DNA from: Chlorokybus atmophyticus
Taxonomy: Eukaryota > Plantae > Mesostigma and Chlorokybus algae
NCBI GenBank assembly: GCA_009103225.1
Contig: RHPI01002204.1
Span: 62,001-126,000 of the forward strand
Length of the DNA stretch: 64,000 nt
Direction: 5' to 3'
Below are positions 49,822 to 61,299 of the stretch, piece by piece; within the stretch, counting starts at the first letter, position 1, and the number at the start of each line of letters is the position of its first letter. The notes beneath the pieces were generated by a model. That model was given only the letters and a program-made list of their open reading frames with translations. It was not told the origin of the DNA and ran no database searches. A program made the position numbers and the translations under genes.

Positions 49822-52800
49822 ATGGCTTGGCGTGGAGCTCTGCGTCATGTAAGAGTCATGAGTAGCCTGCAAGGGCTGCACGTGTCCAAGGCTTTTGGGG
49901 ATGGTATTGAGTTTGCGGCGGCTGCCAAGGTGTTGAACAAGGGGCATCACGATGGAGAGTCAAGTCTCTCTCCATCGCGCATTCTGCCTGCATTCACCTC
50001 AATTGCTGCACCGGTGCTATCAACACCAGTGACCAACACCTCTGCATTCAATGCATCTTCATTGTGGTTGCCCTTAGCGGCATTGGCAGCCATGGCTGGC
50101 GGCATACAAGTAAGCGCTCACGGCAAGCCTTGCTTAAGTACTATGAAGTCTTGTACTGCAAGACAACAACTTCTTACGCCATCTACCGTTGCAGGCCAAC
50201 ATGAGTAGCGATCATGAAGATGAAGAAGCAGAGGAGCACGGGATGCCCCCATCCCCCAGTTCTGCACCGGGCGTGCCAACAGTGGCGGACATATTGAACC
50301 GCAAACACAAAGAACGCCCGTCCAATACTCGTGTGAAATATCAGCGAGGACTACGGTTGTATGAGGTATAGACTTGTAATGCTAGGCAACAGTACAAGTG
50401 TCAATAGCTATAGATTTGAATGTTTTGCAAGTGTAACTTCAATTGTAGGAGTGGTGCACTCGACATCGACTGTCCCTACGCATTGAAGCGAGCATTGTGG
50501 AACGCTTCATGACCGAGCATCATGAGTGGGCATGGAACAAGTTGGAAAACTGCATGAAGAGTTTGCAGGATGCCGCAAAAGATCAGGCAATGCGAGACGG
50601 CAATGGCACTATACCAATCAACTTGCGCAGCATTCCCATAATCCAACGAATCCTGCGAACTGCACGNATAGTAGGGCATTTAACTGCACGACAAAGCATA
50701 TCAGAGACCGCCAAAATGTAAGCTAAGCTTCATGTTGATTGCACAGCCATGATGCTGATCTCAAAAACAAGAGCATGACTTAATTATATCAACAGGGAGT
50801 TCAAGGACCGGTTAGCTGGGACGGCTGCAGAAAGTTACACACCTGCTCAGTATCAGAGCATGAATGAGTATTGGCTTCACAAAAGTGCAAACGCTACTAA
50901 CATTGCGAAGCAAGCCGCTGCGTTGAGAGCTCGGTAACTGTCATGCTCGGTGCCATGTTGCGGGGTTATGCACGTGTCGACATGATTGTATTGGTCAATA
51001 GGAGTGTCACCATCATTAACAGTTGCTAAATGCGTGAGCAGGCTGGATCTTGCAATGCGTCATACTTGTTTATCGCGCGGTGATGCCGTCAGGGCAGCAG
51101 AAGAATGCGATCTGTACAAGTATGATGTGGGGACTGGGTGCTTAGGACCGGATCAAGGCGTGATACTCTGTTTTGTGTCACGCAACGGAAAGATGAATAA
51201 GGTGTGCATTTGCCTTTTGTTTCCAACCTTAAGCTTTCATCTCACACCACTTGTGCCACAACATGCTCAGTATAGTGTTGCGCAGAATGGCAATGTGGAG
51301 TACTTCGGCGGGCTGCGACACTGGAATCCCATGTGTGACATGCACAATGCACTGGCATGCACTTTCTTCCACAAGTACCACATCGCGCAACGCCCATTCC
51401 CTTCCTTTGAATCGCGACAATCTTGGTACGCTATGCGCATAGCATCGTGCTTGCATACAATACTTAATTAATAATGCGTGGTATGGCGAGCCATTGTTCC
51501 CTGGTGAGAGGACCGGAAAGGCTATCAGTTACAGACAACAATACTTGAACTCCTGTGAAGCATTCAAAAAATGTGGCATCGTCACCGGCCGCGCCAAAGT
51601 ACATGCCCCGCGCAAAGAAGCGAGTCAGCGAGCCATGAATGCCGGGTGAGTTTGCACTACTTTGTGCCATTCTCTTGCTGTCCACACCTTAGCACTGGGT
51701 TGATAGGGCAAGTGAGGAGGGCATCAAGCAAAATGGGCGGTGGAACAACGAGCACTTCAACAAGTCCTATGTCACACAGCTCCATGTGGGTACTTGTGCT
51801 GTAATAGCAGGTTATGGGCATCAGAGTCACGAGCATAAGCATGTGCTGGCCCGATCACGGTTTCCCTTACCCGACAACATTCGTAAGTGCATCTTCCCGC
51901 AGCTGGAGGAGCATCTTGCCTCTGTCATGCAGGTACCTTCTGTTGAATTCTTTTGCACATAACTTGCTCACTCTAAGATGTGATGCAATGGCTTTGCCAC
52001 ATGCAGTCAAGTGTTGCACTGTATTGATGTCGGCACACGCTTTACACATGCATTCCTGCAGCGCTGCTTCGATGGTCCCGACGAGGTGCGAGACTATGCT
52101 GCATACAAGCATCTTCTCATGTTGGACTATCTGCGAGATGTTATCGGACAGGTAAGCATGTGTATATCCTTATCAACAAGTGCAGTCCGCGATCATGAGT
52201 CTTGTGTATTGCTTATTAGGATGTCGCCATCATGCGCAATGAGGTTGTGCAACTGCGCGGCGGTACCACATACGGCTGCACAGACCTATCAGTTTGTGAC
52301 CACCATCTGTTCAACACGCCACAGTTCAATGCGTGGGCCAACACCGTCGTCGCCGCTCACGACCAGTCCATGCAAGAAGCAAATCCGCAATATGAAGATT
52401 TGCCGGATCGGGTATGTATGACACACAACTGCTTGGTTGACTTGCTGTTGTACAATGTGTATCACGGTTTGTCCCCTTAATGGTTCTTAAGGTCTATATA
52501 TGTTGTGGTCGCGCAGCTAGCGCACATCATGCGCGGCAACTATGCATTAATGACCGTGACCAAAGACCGCATTGTGGACGTCGCCTGCAAGCTTCATCGT
52601 GTCATTACAGCTATCGACGCCGGCTTTGCAGCGACACAGGCAGAAGTGAAGGTTGTGGCTGACTTGGTGCGAAAGCTAGGTGCCGGTATGGGGGTGTCTT
52701 TGCCTGCAGATGTGGCATCAACAGCTGCTCGTGAAGAGGCACCGTCCGCACCATCACCGTCACGCAAACGCGCACGTGCCAATGATCCCCGTCGTGCTTC

Positions 52801-53230
52801 TGATCCATCATCAGCGGCAGGCGATAATGTCACTCGGCAATCAGCACCTTCTGTCGCCGCTACCTCTGTACCCACCAAGTATAGAATGAAGATTGACTTA
52901 CCAACCGTGGTAGCGGTGTGGCAAGAATACACGACGGGCATAGATGGTGGGCCGGCAATCCGCGACTTGGATGACAAGTTCAAGTCCACTTGGCGTTGCG
53001 GCGATGAGCGCATGCGCAAGCAATACGGCAAGCGCAATGTTCTGTATAAAGCTATCAAGGAGTTGGCGGCATTGCGGGACATCAGTGAAGACATGGCAGC
53101 ACAACAGTTGGATCAGCAGCGGCAAGAGCAGCAAAAGCCAACTGCAAACGGCAAAGACACCAGACCATTGACTGTAGCAGAGCTGACTGAAGTGCTGCGC
53201 CCCAAGAACAGGAAAGAAGTTGGTGAATAG
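49822..53230 (+). mobile_element. Crypton-type DNA transposon gene: intron-containing tyrosine recombinase (NDC10-II-like) + GCR1_C
   Basis: About 11 exons: DRLAGTAAESYT, LSRGDAVR (R), GKMNK|NGNVEYFGGLRH, KVHAPR (HxxR), GRWN (W), KSY (Y), IFPQL, YLRDVIGQ|DVA, HHLFNTPQF, and GCR1_C TVVAVWQEYTTGIDGGPAIRDLDDKFKSTWR..RKQYGKRNVLYKAI. Element ends not defined. Confidence 0.85.
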
Positions 53231-53327
53231 CTTAGCTGATCTGGTGCAATAAGTTGATCATTTGTGCAGTCACTCATTCAAGTAGCTTGCACATGCGTAT
53301 GCGCCCCCCCCCCCGCCCCCCCCTCTT

Positions 53328-53344
53328 ACACACACACACACACA

Positions 53345-53417
<73 letters not shown>
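53328..53417. repeat. (AC)n then long (GT)n microsatellite running into a gap
   Basis: Direct read. Confidence 0.98.
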
Positions 53418-54068
53418 NNNNNNNNNNNNNNNNNNNNNNNNNNNNNNNNNNNNNNNNNNNNNNNNNNNNNNNNNNNNNNNNNNNNNNNNNNNNNNNNNNN
53501 NNNNNNNNNNNNNNNNNNNNNNNNNNNNNNNNNNNNNNNNNNNNNNNNNNNNNNNNNNNNNNNNNNNNNNNNNNNNNNNNNNNNNNNNNNNNNNNNNNNN
53601 NNNNNNNNNNNNNNNNNNNNNNNNNNNNNNNNNNNNNNNNNNNNNNNNNNNNNNNNNNNNNNNNNNNNNNNNNNNNNNNNNNNNNNNNNNNNNNNNNNNN
53701 NNNNNNNNNNNNNNNNNNNNNNNNNNNNNNNNNNNNNNNNNNNNNNNNNNNNNNNNNNNNNNNNNNNNNNNNNNNNNNNNNNNNNNNNNNNNNNNNNNNN
53801 NNNNNNNNNNNNNNNNNNNNNNNNNNNNNNNNNNNNNNNNNNNNNNNNNNNNNNNNNNNNNNNNNNNNNNNNNNNNNNNNNNNNNNNNNNNNNNNNNNNN
53901 NNNNNNNNNNNNNNNNNNNNNNNNNNNNNNNNNNNNNNNNNNNNNNNNNNNNNNNNNNNNNNNNNNNNNNNNNNNNNNNNNNNNNNNNNNNNNNNNNNNN
54001 NNNNNNNNNNNNNNNNNNNNNNNNNNNNNNNNNNNNNNNNNNNNNNNNNNNNNNNNNNNNNNNNNNNN
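53418..54068. other. Assembly gap (N run)
   Basis: Run of n. Confidence 1.
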
Positions 54069-54398
54069 TATATATGTGTCTAGGTGTATTTGCCACCCAG
54101 CAGCGCTCAGCAAATGACGACGCTGGCGCGGACGGGCGTCGACCGTCGGCCCGGGGTGAGCGCCGACGGCGCGGCGCTCGGTTAACCGAGGGCGGCCGCT
54201 CGGCCGTTGGGGCGCCGGCCTCGCGCGCGGCTGCCGGCCTTTCCCGCCGGTCGGGCCCGCGGGGGCCACGCGGGCCGTCTCTGCGGCCTCCTGGCGACGG
54301 TGCGGGCTTCCGACTCCGGTACGAAAAGGCACAGGTGCGAAGCAGCAGATTGAATTTGTACGCCGTCGAGGGCCTACGGACTGCGGTGGTGAAGCTTA

Positions 54399-57300
54399 GG
54401 GTAAATTGCCTAAAGTTGGGGATGTTTTGGGGTTTTAACGGTATAGCGCACGGGCTATTGGGATTTTGGCGGACATGTATATGAGTTAATTGAAGCTAAG
54501 AATATATGCTATACAACGCATAATTTTTCAAGATTTATGGAGCACTGTAGCGTCAGTTATCTCGCGCCAAAATAGGGTGTGTGGCATAAAAAAGTGAAAA
54601 GTCAATTTGCCCGAACTTGGTGACTCGAGAAAGGCTGTCAGCAGCCTTCTCGAGTCCTCAAGCATAGTCAGTGTATGGGCAGCAACCATTGCGAATTGGC
54701 TGTTGTCAGGCGCTGCAGGCTGGGCTGCAGGTGGCTGACAGCCTTGATAAGTGGTGATGGCCAGGCCTTTTCAGCTGCAGCCGTTTGGCGCCGCAAACGA
54801 CGCAGCTGGCGCCAAAATGCCTTGCACTGTTGCATGCAAGGTTAGGCAGCAAGGAGGCGGCGACATAGCTCAGGGTGTAGGCAGCATGCATGAGGTGAGA
54901 AGAGTGGGCGCTTGTATTGCATGCATGTTTATGTACAAGGTGTTGTGTGTTTGCTTGTTCCAAGCTATCTATGCTTGGCTGACCGTGTGGTTCTGGCGCC
55001 TCTTCAATCTCCATCTCTTGCCCGCCTCCTTGGCGAGGTGGTTGGGTTGGGGGGCGAGCTGGTGTCCTCGGCAGTCCCACATGGAGTCTAGAGAGTTGCT
55101 GTAGGTTAAGGGGTCAGCAGTGTACTTGTTCAATAGTTTTCCAGCCTCTTTTGCTGTGCGCTCCCTCTCCTCTCTCTCATTGTTAAATGCTTGTGCATGC
55201 TCAGCCTCTGCTCTCTCAGCTTCTGCTTGTGCCTCACCTCTTGCCTGCCTGCGCTTCTCCTTCTCTCTCTTAGCCAGCATCTTATTTAGGGCTCTTTCCT
55301 TATTCTTGGTTGCCATCTTCTCTGCCTTGTTGATTGCCTCCTGTGTTGCCTGCTCCTTCTTGTGTGCTGCTGCCTCCTTGCGTGCTTCTTGGCGGCTGCC
55401 TGATCTGCCTTCTCCTAGTCAATCCTCTCTGGTTTATTTGCTATCTCTTGAGATGTAAGTAGCTCAGCTGGCTTGCATCCCTTCCTTCTCTTCGCTGGCT
55501 CCTGTGTGCTTGTGCCAGCCTCCTCGTTGTTGTCTTCATGCTTGTCCTCAGCCTCCTCTTGTATAGCTGTTAGCAATGCAGACAGGCCAGGAGGGGGAGG
55601 GGCCTTTTCTTTGTCGGTGAAGTACTTGTCGCACACATGCAGGTCCAGAGGCTACAACCCACAGGCGCGGAAGCCGTTGATGATGTTGGGGGCAGAGAGA
55701 CCAGCATAGTAAGGTGCCACCAGCATGCTTAGGAACTCCTTCCGGGAGAGGTCATACCCAGAGCGCTCATCATTTCTCCTGTGGTATTCTTTCATGTAAC
55801 ACTCCTTGAAGGGGTGAAAACATGAAACGTCTAACACTTGCAGTCTGTATGTAGTGTAAGGGGGGAGGACGAGAATGTGAAGGCCATGCTCTTGTGCGTA
55901 GCGTATCATGCTCACATTGTATCTATTAACGTGCCCGTCCACCACCAGCAGTGCAGGGTTGAAAGGGCTGCAACCTCCTGGCATCCACTCTGCTAGCTTC
56001 CTGATCCACATCTCAAAGATTTCTATTGTCATCCAGGCATTTTCCTGGCAGTAGAACATGGCTCCTGGCACACTGAAGTCTTTGTTGTCTACTGTCAACC
56101 TCTGCCCCTTGACAATCACCAAAGGTAGGGCAGCCATTCCAGCACCGGTAACAGCACACATCATAGTGATATGTTCTCTGCTTCCAGTAGCTGCTGTTTG
56201 AGCCCACTTGGCACCACTGTGCATCACAGGTGTGCATCAGTCTCTGCTTGTAACATGCATAGCTCAACATGCTAACATTGCCTACCATTCACAAATGATT
56301 CTCTCATTGTTGTTGGTAGTGTCTGGCTCGATGCCAACTTCGTCCGCACTTATGATCCTCTCAGGGCCAATCCCCAACTCGTCAACAGTTTCTGCTAGCA
56401 GGCGAAAGTATTGGTAGACTGCATCCCTCCTGAAGCTCACCCTCGTGGAATTGTCCAGGGGCTCTGCTTTCCTGCTGACCAGGTTCTGTCTTGCTTGAAA
56501 AAGTCTGCACCATTTGTAGCCAGGTACTCCCCCCTTAAACATCTGCTTCCTCCGGATCACTAACTAGCCTTTTGCCAGCCTCTACACATATTTCTGACCA
56601 AGTAACTCCCCTCCCCCATTTGTTGCGTTGAATGACCCACTGTGCCAGGTCTGTTTCTTCGTCTTATGTAAAGAGTGCAGGTGCACCAGTGCCTCTGCAT
56701 TGCATGTACTTGTGTGAGAACCCTTGCATTATGCTGCCCAAAGGCACAGCTGCACAGTTGCACTCAACATGCTAACATGCTAACACTTGCACAGGTGCAC
56801 AAGAACTCACTTGTAGGCTGAGAGATCAAAGGCTGCACAGAAGCGTCTCATGATGGTATCCGGAATGCCCAGGTCCGTGCAAGCATCATCAGCAAACATA
56901 CACCCCTTGTTGATGGAAGCCACAGCCAGCTGGATCTCCTCCATCTGGCCCTCGTATGTTGTGTAGCTCCTTTTATTTCTTCTGGCAGCAGGGGTTGTAG
57001 CCTTGACACGCTTGCCCTGCCAGCATGCATACATGTCACAGGATGCCAGGGTGGTCTGAGTGCGAAGGCACAGTGATGACATGCGTGCTGCAAACAAGCA
57101 GCACCCCCACCCTTGCGGATGTACGTGGCATGCTAGGTAGGGAGTAGTAGAGTAGCAGGATGTAGTTGCGTTTGAACTCCTTGCAGTGTTGTAATGAAGT
57201 CTCCCTCACTCTGTCTCCTAGCTGTGCATGCCCACCACTCCTCACCTCTCCTCTCTAACTCACACCAACACCTTCAATCTCAAAACCCACACAAATACTT

Positions 57301-57796
57301 AGCTAGAATCCTTCTAGCACCTCACAACAACTAGCAACGCAACAAACACGGCACCCCCCCAACTTGCAGCATCTACAGCAGCCACAATGGCCACCCCCAC
57401 CACCATTTAAAGCGTAACAATACGTCTAAAAAGTGTGGCACACTTACTTTTATACCCCCGCGCCAAAGTGCATGAAACTTGGTAAATAAGGTCTCCTAAC
57501 GAATAGGAACCCCCCCAAAAAAAAAATCACTCAGTTAGGATTTCGTAAGCAAAAGTTACAACTTCACAAGTACAAGAGAGGCTGACCCTCATTTGAATCC
57601 GCAAAAAAGCAAAATTTCAATTTCGTAACTGGCGCCATACTTGGCCGTTTGGGCACTTGTTTGGTTTGCATAGGTCTATAGAACCCGTATCTACCCTTAA
57701 AATATGGCCGGCAAACACCCATTGGTCCGCCAGTTACAGGCCAAAAACGGCTTATCCCCATCTTAGGGTCGGTTCCCAACTCAGGACAATTGACCC
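54399..57796 (-). mobile_element. pogo/Fot1-like DD35D DNA transposon, pseudogenised, TA-flanked
   Basis: Imperfect 22-bp TIRs GGGTAAATTGCCTAAAGTTGGG / GGGTCAATTGTCCTGAGTTGGG, each flanked by TA. Transposase from ATG 57131: CENP-B-like HTH (DEETDLAQWVI), ADEVG, SREHITMMCAV, NAWMT, LVVDGH-x-QVLDV with 35 residues between the Ds. Stops at 56664 and 55652; frameshift near 56560. Confidence 0.88.
54622..54656. repeat. Near-perfect 15-bp hairpin in the pogo 3' region
   Basis: gactcgagaaaggctg-tcag-cagccttctcgagtc (one bulged base). Confidence 0.85.
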
Positions 57797-59339
57797 TACT
57801 GCATGGTATGCTGCTTGCTGTATGACGTACAAAGCTAGTTTTCTAGTTAACATTGGTACAGCAGCATGTACGGTTCAACCACTGTGCAGCGCTGCTGCTG
57901 CGTGTCGCAATGACATTTCATAATATTATTGTTATAGTGGTGGTGGTGGTGGTGGTGTTTGTACTTGTGCTTGCTGGTGTAGCTTCACAACAGCAAATCA
58001 ACAACAAAAGCCATGGCATCAACCGCAGCAACTGTTACAGCCGTCGCTACAGCAGCTATAACTGCAACCGCAGCTGCTACAACGGCTCAGCGCCTAGACT
58101 GCTAGGGTATACATAGTTGTTTTGAGTCTGTAATTGGAGAAAAAGCCCACTTTGAGTCTGAAGTCTAGACTGGCACACTGGCGGCTAGGGTTTGTATGCT
58201 GTGCATGGTTGCATGCAGAGCTGGCATTGGATGTGTATGAGCTAGCACGTTTCAGTAGTTGAGCCTCTGAGCTTCTTGCAGGAGTTAAACCCGTCACAGT
58301 CTGCTGTGCTAGCCTGAAGGTTTTGAGGCTGTTCTGGAGGTGGTTTCGCCCTCTGAATACTCCGCCTCCACCGTCAACAGCACGGGCACGGGTGCAGGTC
58401 AGCTGCGGTGATGCCGAGGGTGCGCACAAGGCGCTCGCCAATGAACACGGGCTGTGCACCGGTGTCTGGAGCTTGCCTTGGTTGGCGATCATGACAGCAT
58501 TGGCTGAGACGCTGAGCTAGTCACAAGCATGGTGCGGAGGCAGAGAATGGCGCGTAGGCAAGGGCAGAGGTGCATTGTGGTGCCATAGCTGTGCTCTTGC
58601 CTGTGCCGAACGCGTGGTTACTACGACGGGCTGGAGCCGGATGCGCCGCCAGGTTGTGCTGGTGGCTGACGGGCCTACCCCCGTTTGCTGTTTATGAAAG
58701 TAGCAACGGGTGCTAATAAGGAGGGCATGGCTCGTCATCTAAGCGTCTTGAGAAGTCCCGGAGCCGAAATGACTCGAGCCGGAAGCATCGGACTGCATGG
58801 GCCGCTTCAATGATGGTTGCCCGTGTAGCCGAAATCTGATGGTCGCTGTCGTGGAACTCCACGCTGGGCACGAGCACGAGTTAGATTGTCACTGCCATCC
58901 TCCCCATAACAGCGTGGGTGAGCGTGTGAGGGGCAAGCGCCCGCCTATGATGCCCGTCTTCAGCAGTATTATTGTTCGGGCTCGGACTGTGGTGGCTAGT
59001 TCTCGATGTTGGCGTGCATGCCGGCGCTTGTAGATTGCACGGATGCGGTCATGCTGCACCCAAGGAGGGCGTGCCACGGACATCCACAATAACAGCTGAG
59101 CCTCAGGTGCCGGCGGCCGCATGTCACCTTCAGTGACGCTGAGGGGCCAATAACAGCGCGTGAGCACACAAACATGGTGGCGAGACTTTGTGACAAACTG
59201 AATGCGACTCGCTAGCCTATCACCGGATGAGCGAGTGAGTGAGTGCATACGTGCGCAAGTGAGTGAGTCAATAATGGGATGAGTGAGTGCAGGGTAAGTG
59301 AGTGAGAGAGTAAAGAAGTGAGCGAGTGAGTGGTTGGAC

Positions 59340-59440
59340 CTGCAATAGGAGTGCCATGCGTAGCGTGAGTGAGGGCGACCATGCGTCTTTGAGGACGTCC
59401 GGGCAGATAGTCCCCGTTCGCGCTGCTGATGTTGAGATGC
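59340..59440 (-). pseudogene. Isolated exon of a UBE2K/UBC27-like ubiquitin-conjugating enzyme with a +1 frameshift
   Basis: cag|g-HLNISSANG/TICPDVLKDAWSPSLTLRMALLLQ|gt matches E2 HPNISS..GAICLDILKD.WSP.LTL..ALL.LQ. One extra G; HPN->HLN and CLD->CPD. Confidence 0.75.
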
Positions 59441-59632
59441 CTGCATGTGTATGCATGGTTGGGGAAATAACAGTTAGTAGCAGCATTGCAATAACCTATG
59501 CAAAACTGCAGCAGGCGCCACGCATGCAACGCACGTGCAGGCGCTGTTTAATGTGTTCGTGTGAGTGTGCCGCGCCTGTGCGTGCAGGCATGGGTATGCG
59601 TGTGGGGGCAATCGCGTGGGTGGGTGGGTGGG

Positions 59633-60163
59633 TGTAACGGGAAGGTACATCAAATTACCACAAATCGACTAAAAAAGCACCAAGTCTTTTGTGGTCGAGT
59701 GGGCTGTGACATTGGTCATTGGAGCTTGAGACCCGGGTTCGATTCCTGCCTTGCACACGAATTGCGCGGTCGTTGTTTCTCGATCCAATAACATCGTAAA
59801 TGGTCACTTCGTAAGTGCCATCATCGATAGGTCGCGACTTGCCTAATGGCAGTCGCGTCGGACTGATCAGTTCAGTCGGCGTGGCAGGACGCGACCTGCC
59901 TGTCGCGATGCGACTTGTGGGGCCGGCAGCGGTGCGCTATGCGCGCGTTGATAGGTATGGGCCTAAATTGGCCGGTCCTTGGGTGGTGGGGCCGGTGACC
60001 GACCCTAAATCAGACCCCTGGGAAGATTCCCTAGCTGATGGGCGCCAGCTGCCGAGGACGTCAGCGTTCTTAAGTGGGGGGGAATGTAACGGGAAGGTAC
60101 ATCAAATTACTACAAATCGACCATAAAAGCACCAAGTTTTTTGTGGTCGAGTGGGCTGTGACA
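59633..60163 (+). mobile_element. TRIM (miniature non-autonomous LTR retrotransposon), 531 bp
   Basis: 79-bp LTRs 59633-59711 and 60085-60163 (75/79 identical, TGT...ACA). PBS-like TTGGTCATTGGAGC after the 5' LTR; PPT AAGTGGGGGGGAA before the 3' LTR; flanks GTGGG/GTGTG (4/5 TSD). No ORF. Confidence 0.88.
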
Positions 60164-61299
60164 GTGTGGGTGTTTTTAAGGAGTATGTGCGTGCTCATGC
60201 ATAACCGGGTGCTGGTGCAGACGCTGGAGGAGAAAGAAGAGGGTCTGCTCTCACCATACTTGACTAATGAAGCTCATCCTCGGGGGCTTAAACGGGCACG
60301 TCGCTGTCATGCAGAAGCAGATTATCAACATGTTGGTGTTTTAGTCATTTTACAAAACAGCAACATAATGTTCAAGCACACACGCACTATTACAAACAAC
60401 ACAACCAACGACACCACCAACAACCAATAACACCCGCAGCAAACACAACCACCCCCACCCTCACCATCCATCTGTGTCTTAAAGGGGGGGGGGGGGGGGG
60501 GGGGGGNGGGATTTGGATGATGTCGGCCACGCGTCCAACCATCTCACACTGCACAAGGGGACAAACATCAAACGCCAAACCACTGCATAACAACAACACA
60601 CACAGTTTGATTTCATGTAACATTGAGCAAGGGGGGGGGGGGGGGGGGGGGGCTCTGTTCACATGCATAGTGTACTCGCAAAACTTTCTCATAGGCCGCA
60701 GTGAACATTGCAGCCTATGAGACAGCCCACAGCAACTAACTCCGAGTGAGTCATGAGTCATAGGCTGCAGGCTGGATAGTGCGGTCTGTGAGCCAATACT
60801 AATAAGCAATGTGTACGTGTATGCGTGCATGATGAAGAGCACATGCATGCTTGCATAGCATAAAAGCACGCGCGGTTGGCTGACAATGCTTCACCTGAAC
60901 ACAACAATCAGATTAATAATAAAACTGTTGTGCGCGTGCATTTAGACAAGCATGCTAGCTGCTTAAGGCAGAGCCACTTTGCAAGCATGCAGGTGGCAAT
61001 AACATAGGACAGTTCTTAATCAAAAATCAATTAAGGCTAAGGCTTAATTGTGAACAATTTAGCTGAGCACTGCGCTTGCATTATACTGTCCAAAGGCGCG
61101 CATGTGCAGGCGTGCATGTGCTTGAGCATTAACGACAGATCTGATTGTGGTGGTTGTTGCTACTACTGCCGCGCCTGCGGCTATATGATATCTGCTGTAC
61201 AAGGCATGCATATTAGTAATATAAATATCGACTAACCACAATTGGTATACGCTATCACATAAACCGAGTTTCTAACCACGCAGTGTCAAAATTGACTGA

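Noticed and set aside
53254-54484. Long ORFs across 53.3-54.5 kb and 27.6-28.0 kb
   Set aside because: Artefacts of N runs and microsatellites.
57800-59300. DGHHR (ParB-like) motif and transit-peptide-like ORFs
   Set aside because: An isolated five-residue match in a frame with stops, with no supporting context.
48348-60163. The ~255-bp inverted copies at 48348-48605 and 59906-60163 as TIRs of an 11.8-kb composite transposon carrying the Crypton and pogo
   Set aside because: Both are LTR+PPT ends of one retroelement family, and the right copy is a self-contained TRIM with its own 5' LTR and near-TSD. Two independent insertions are simpler.
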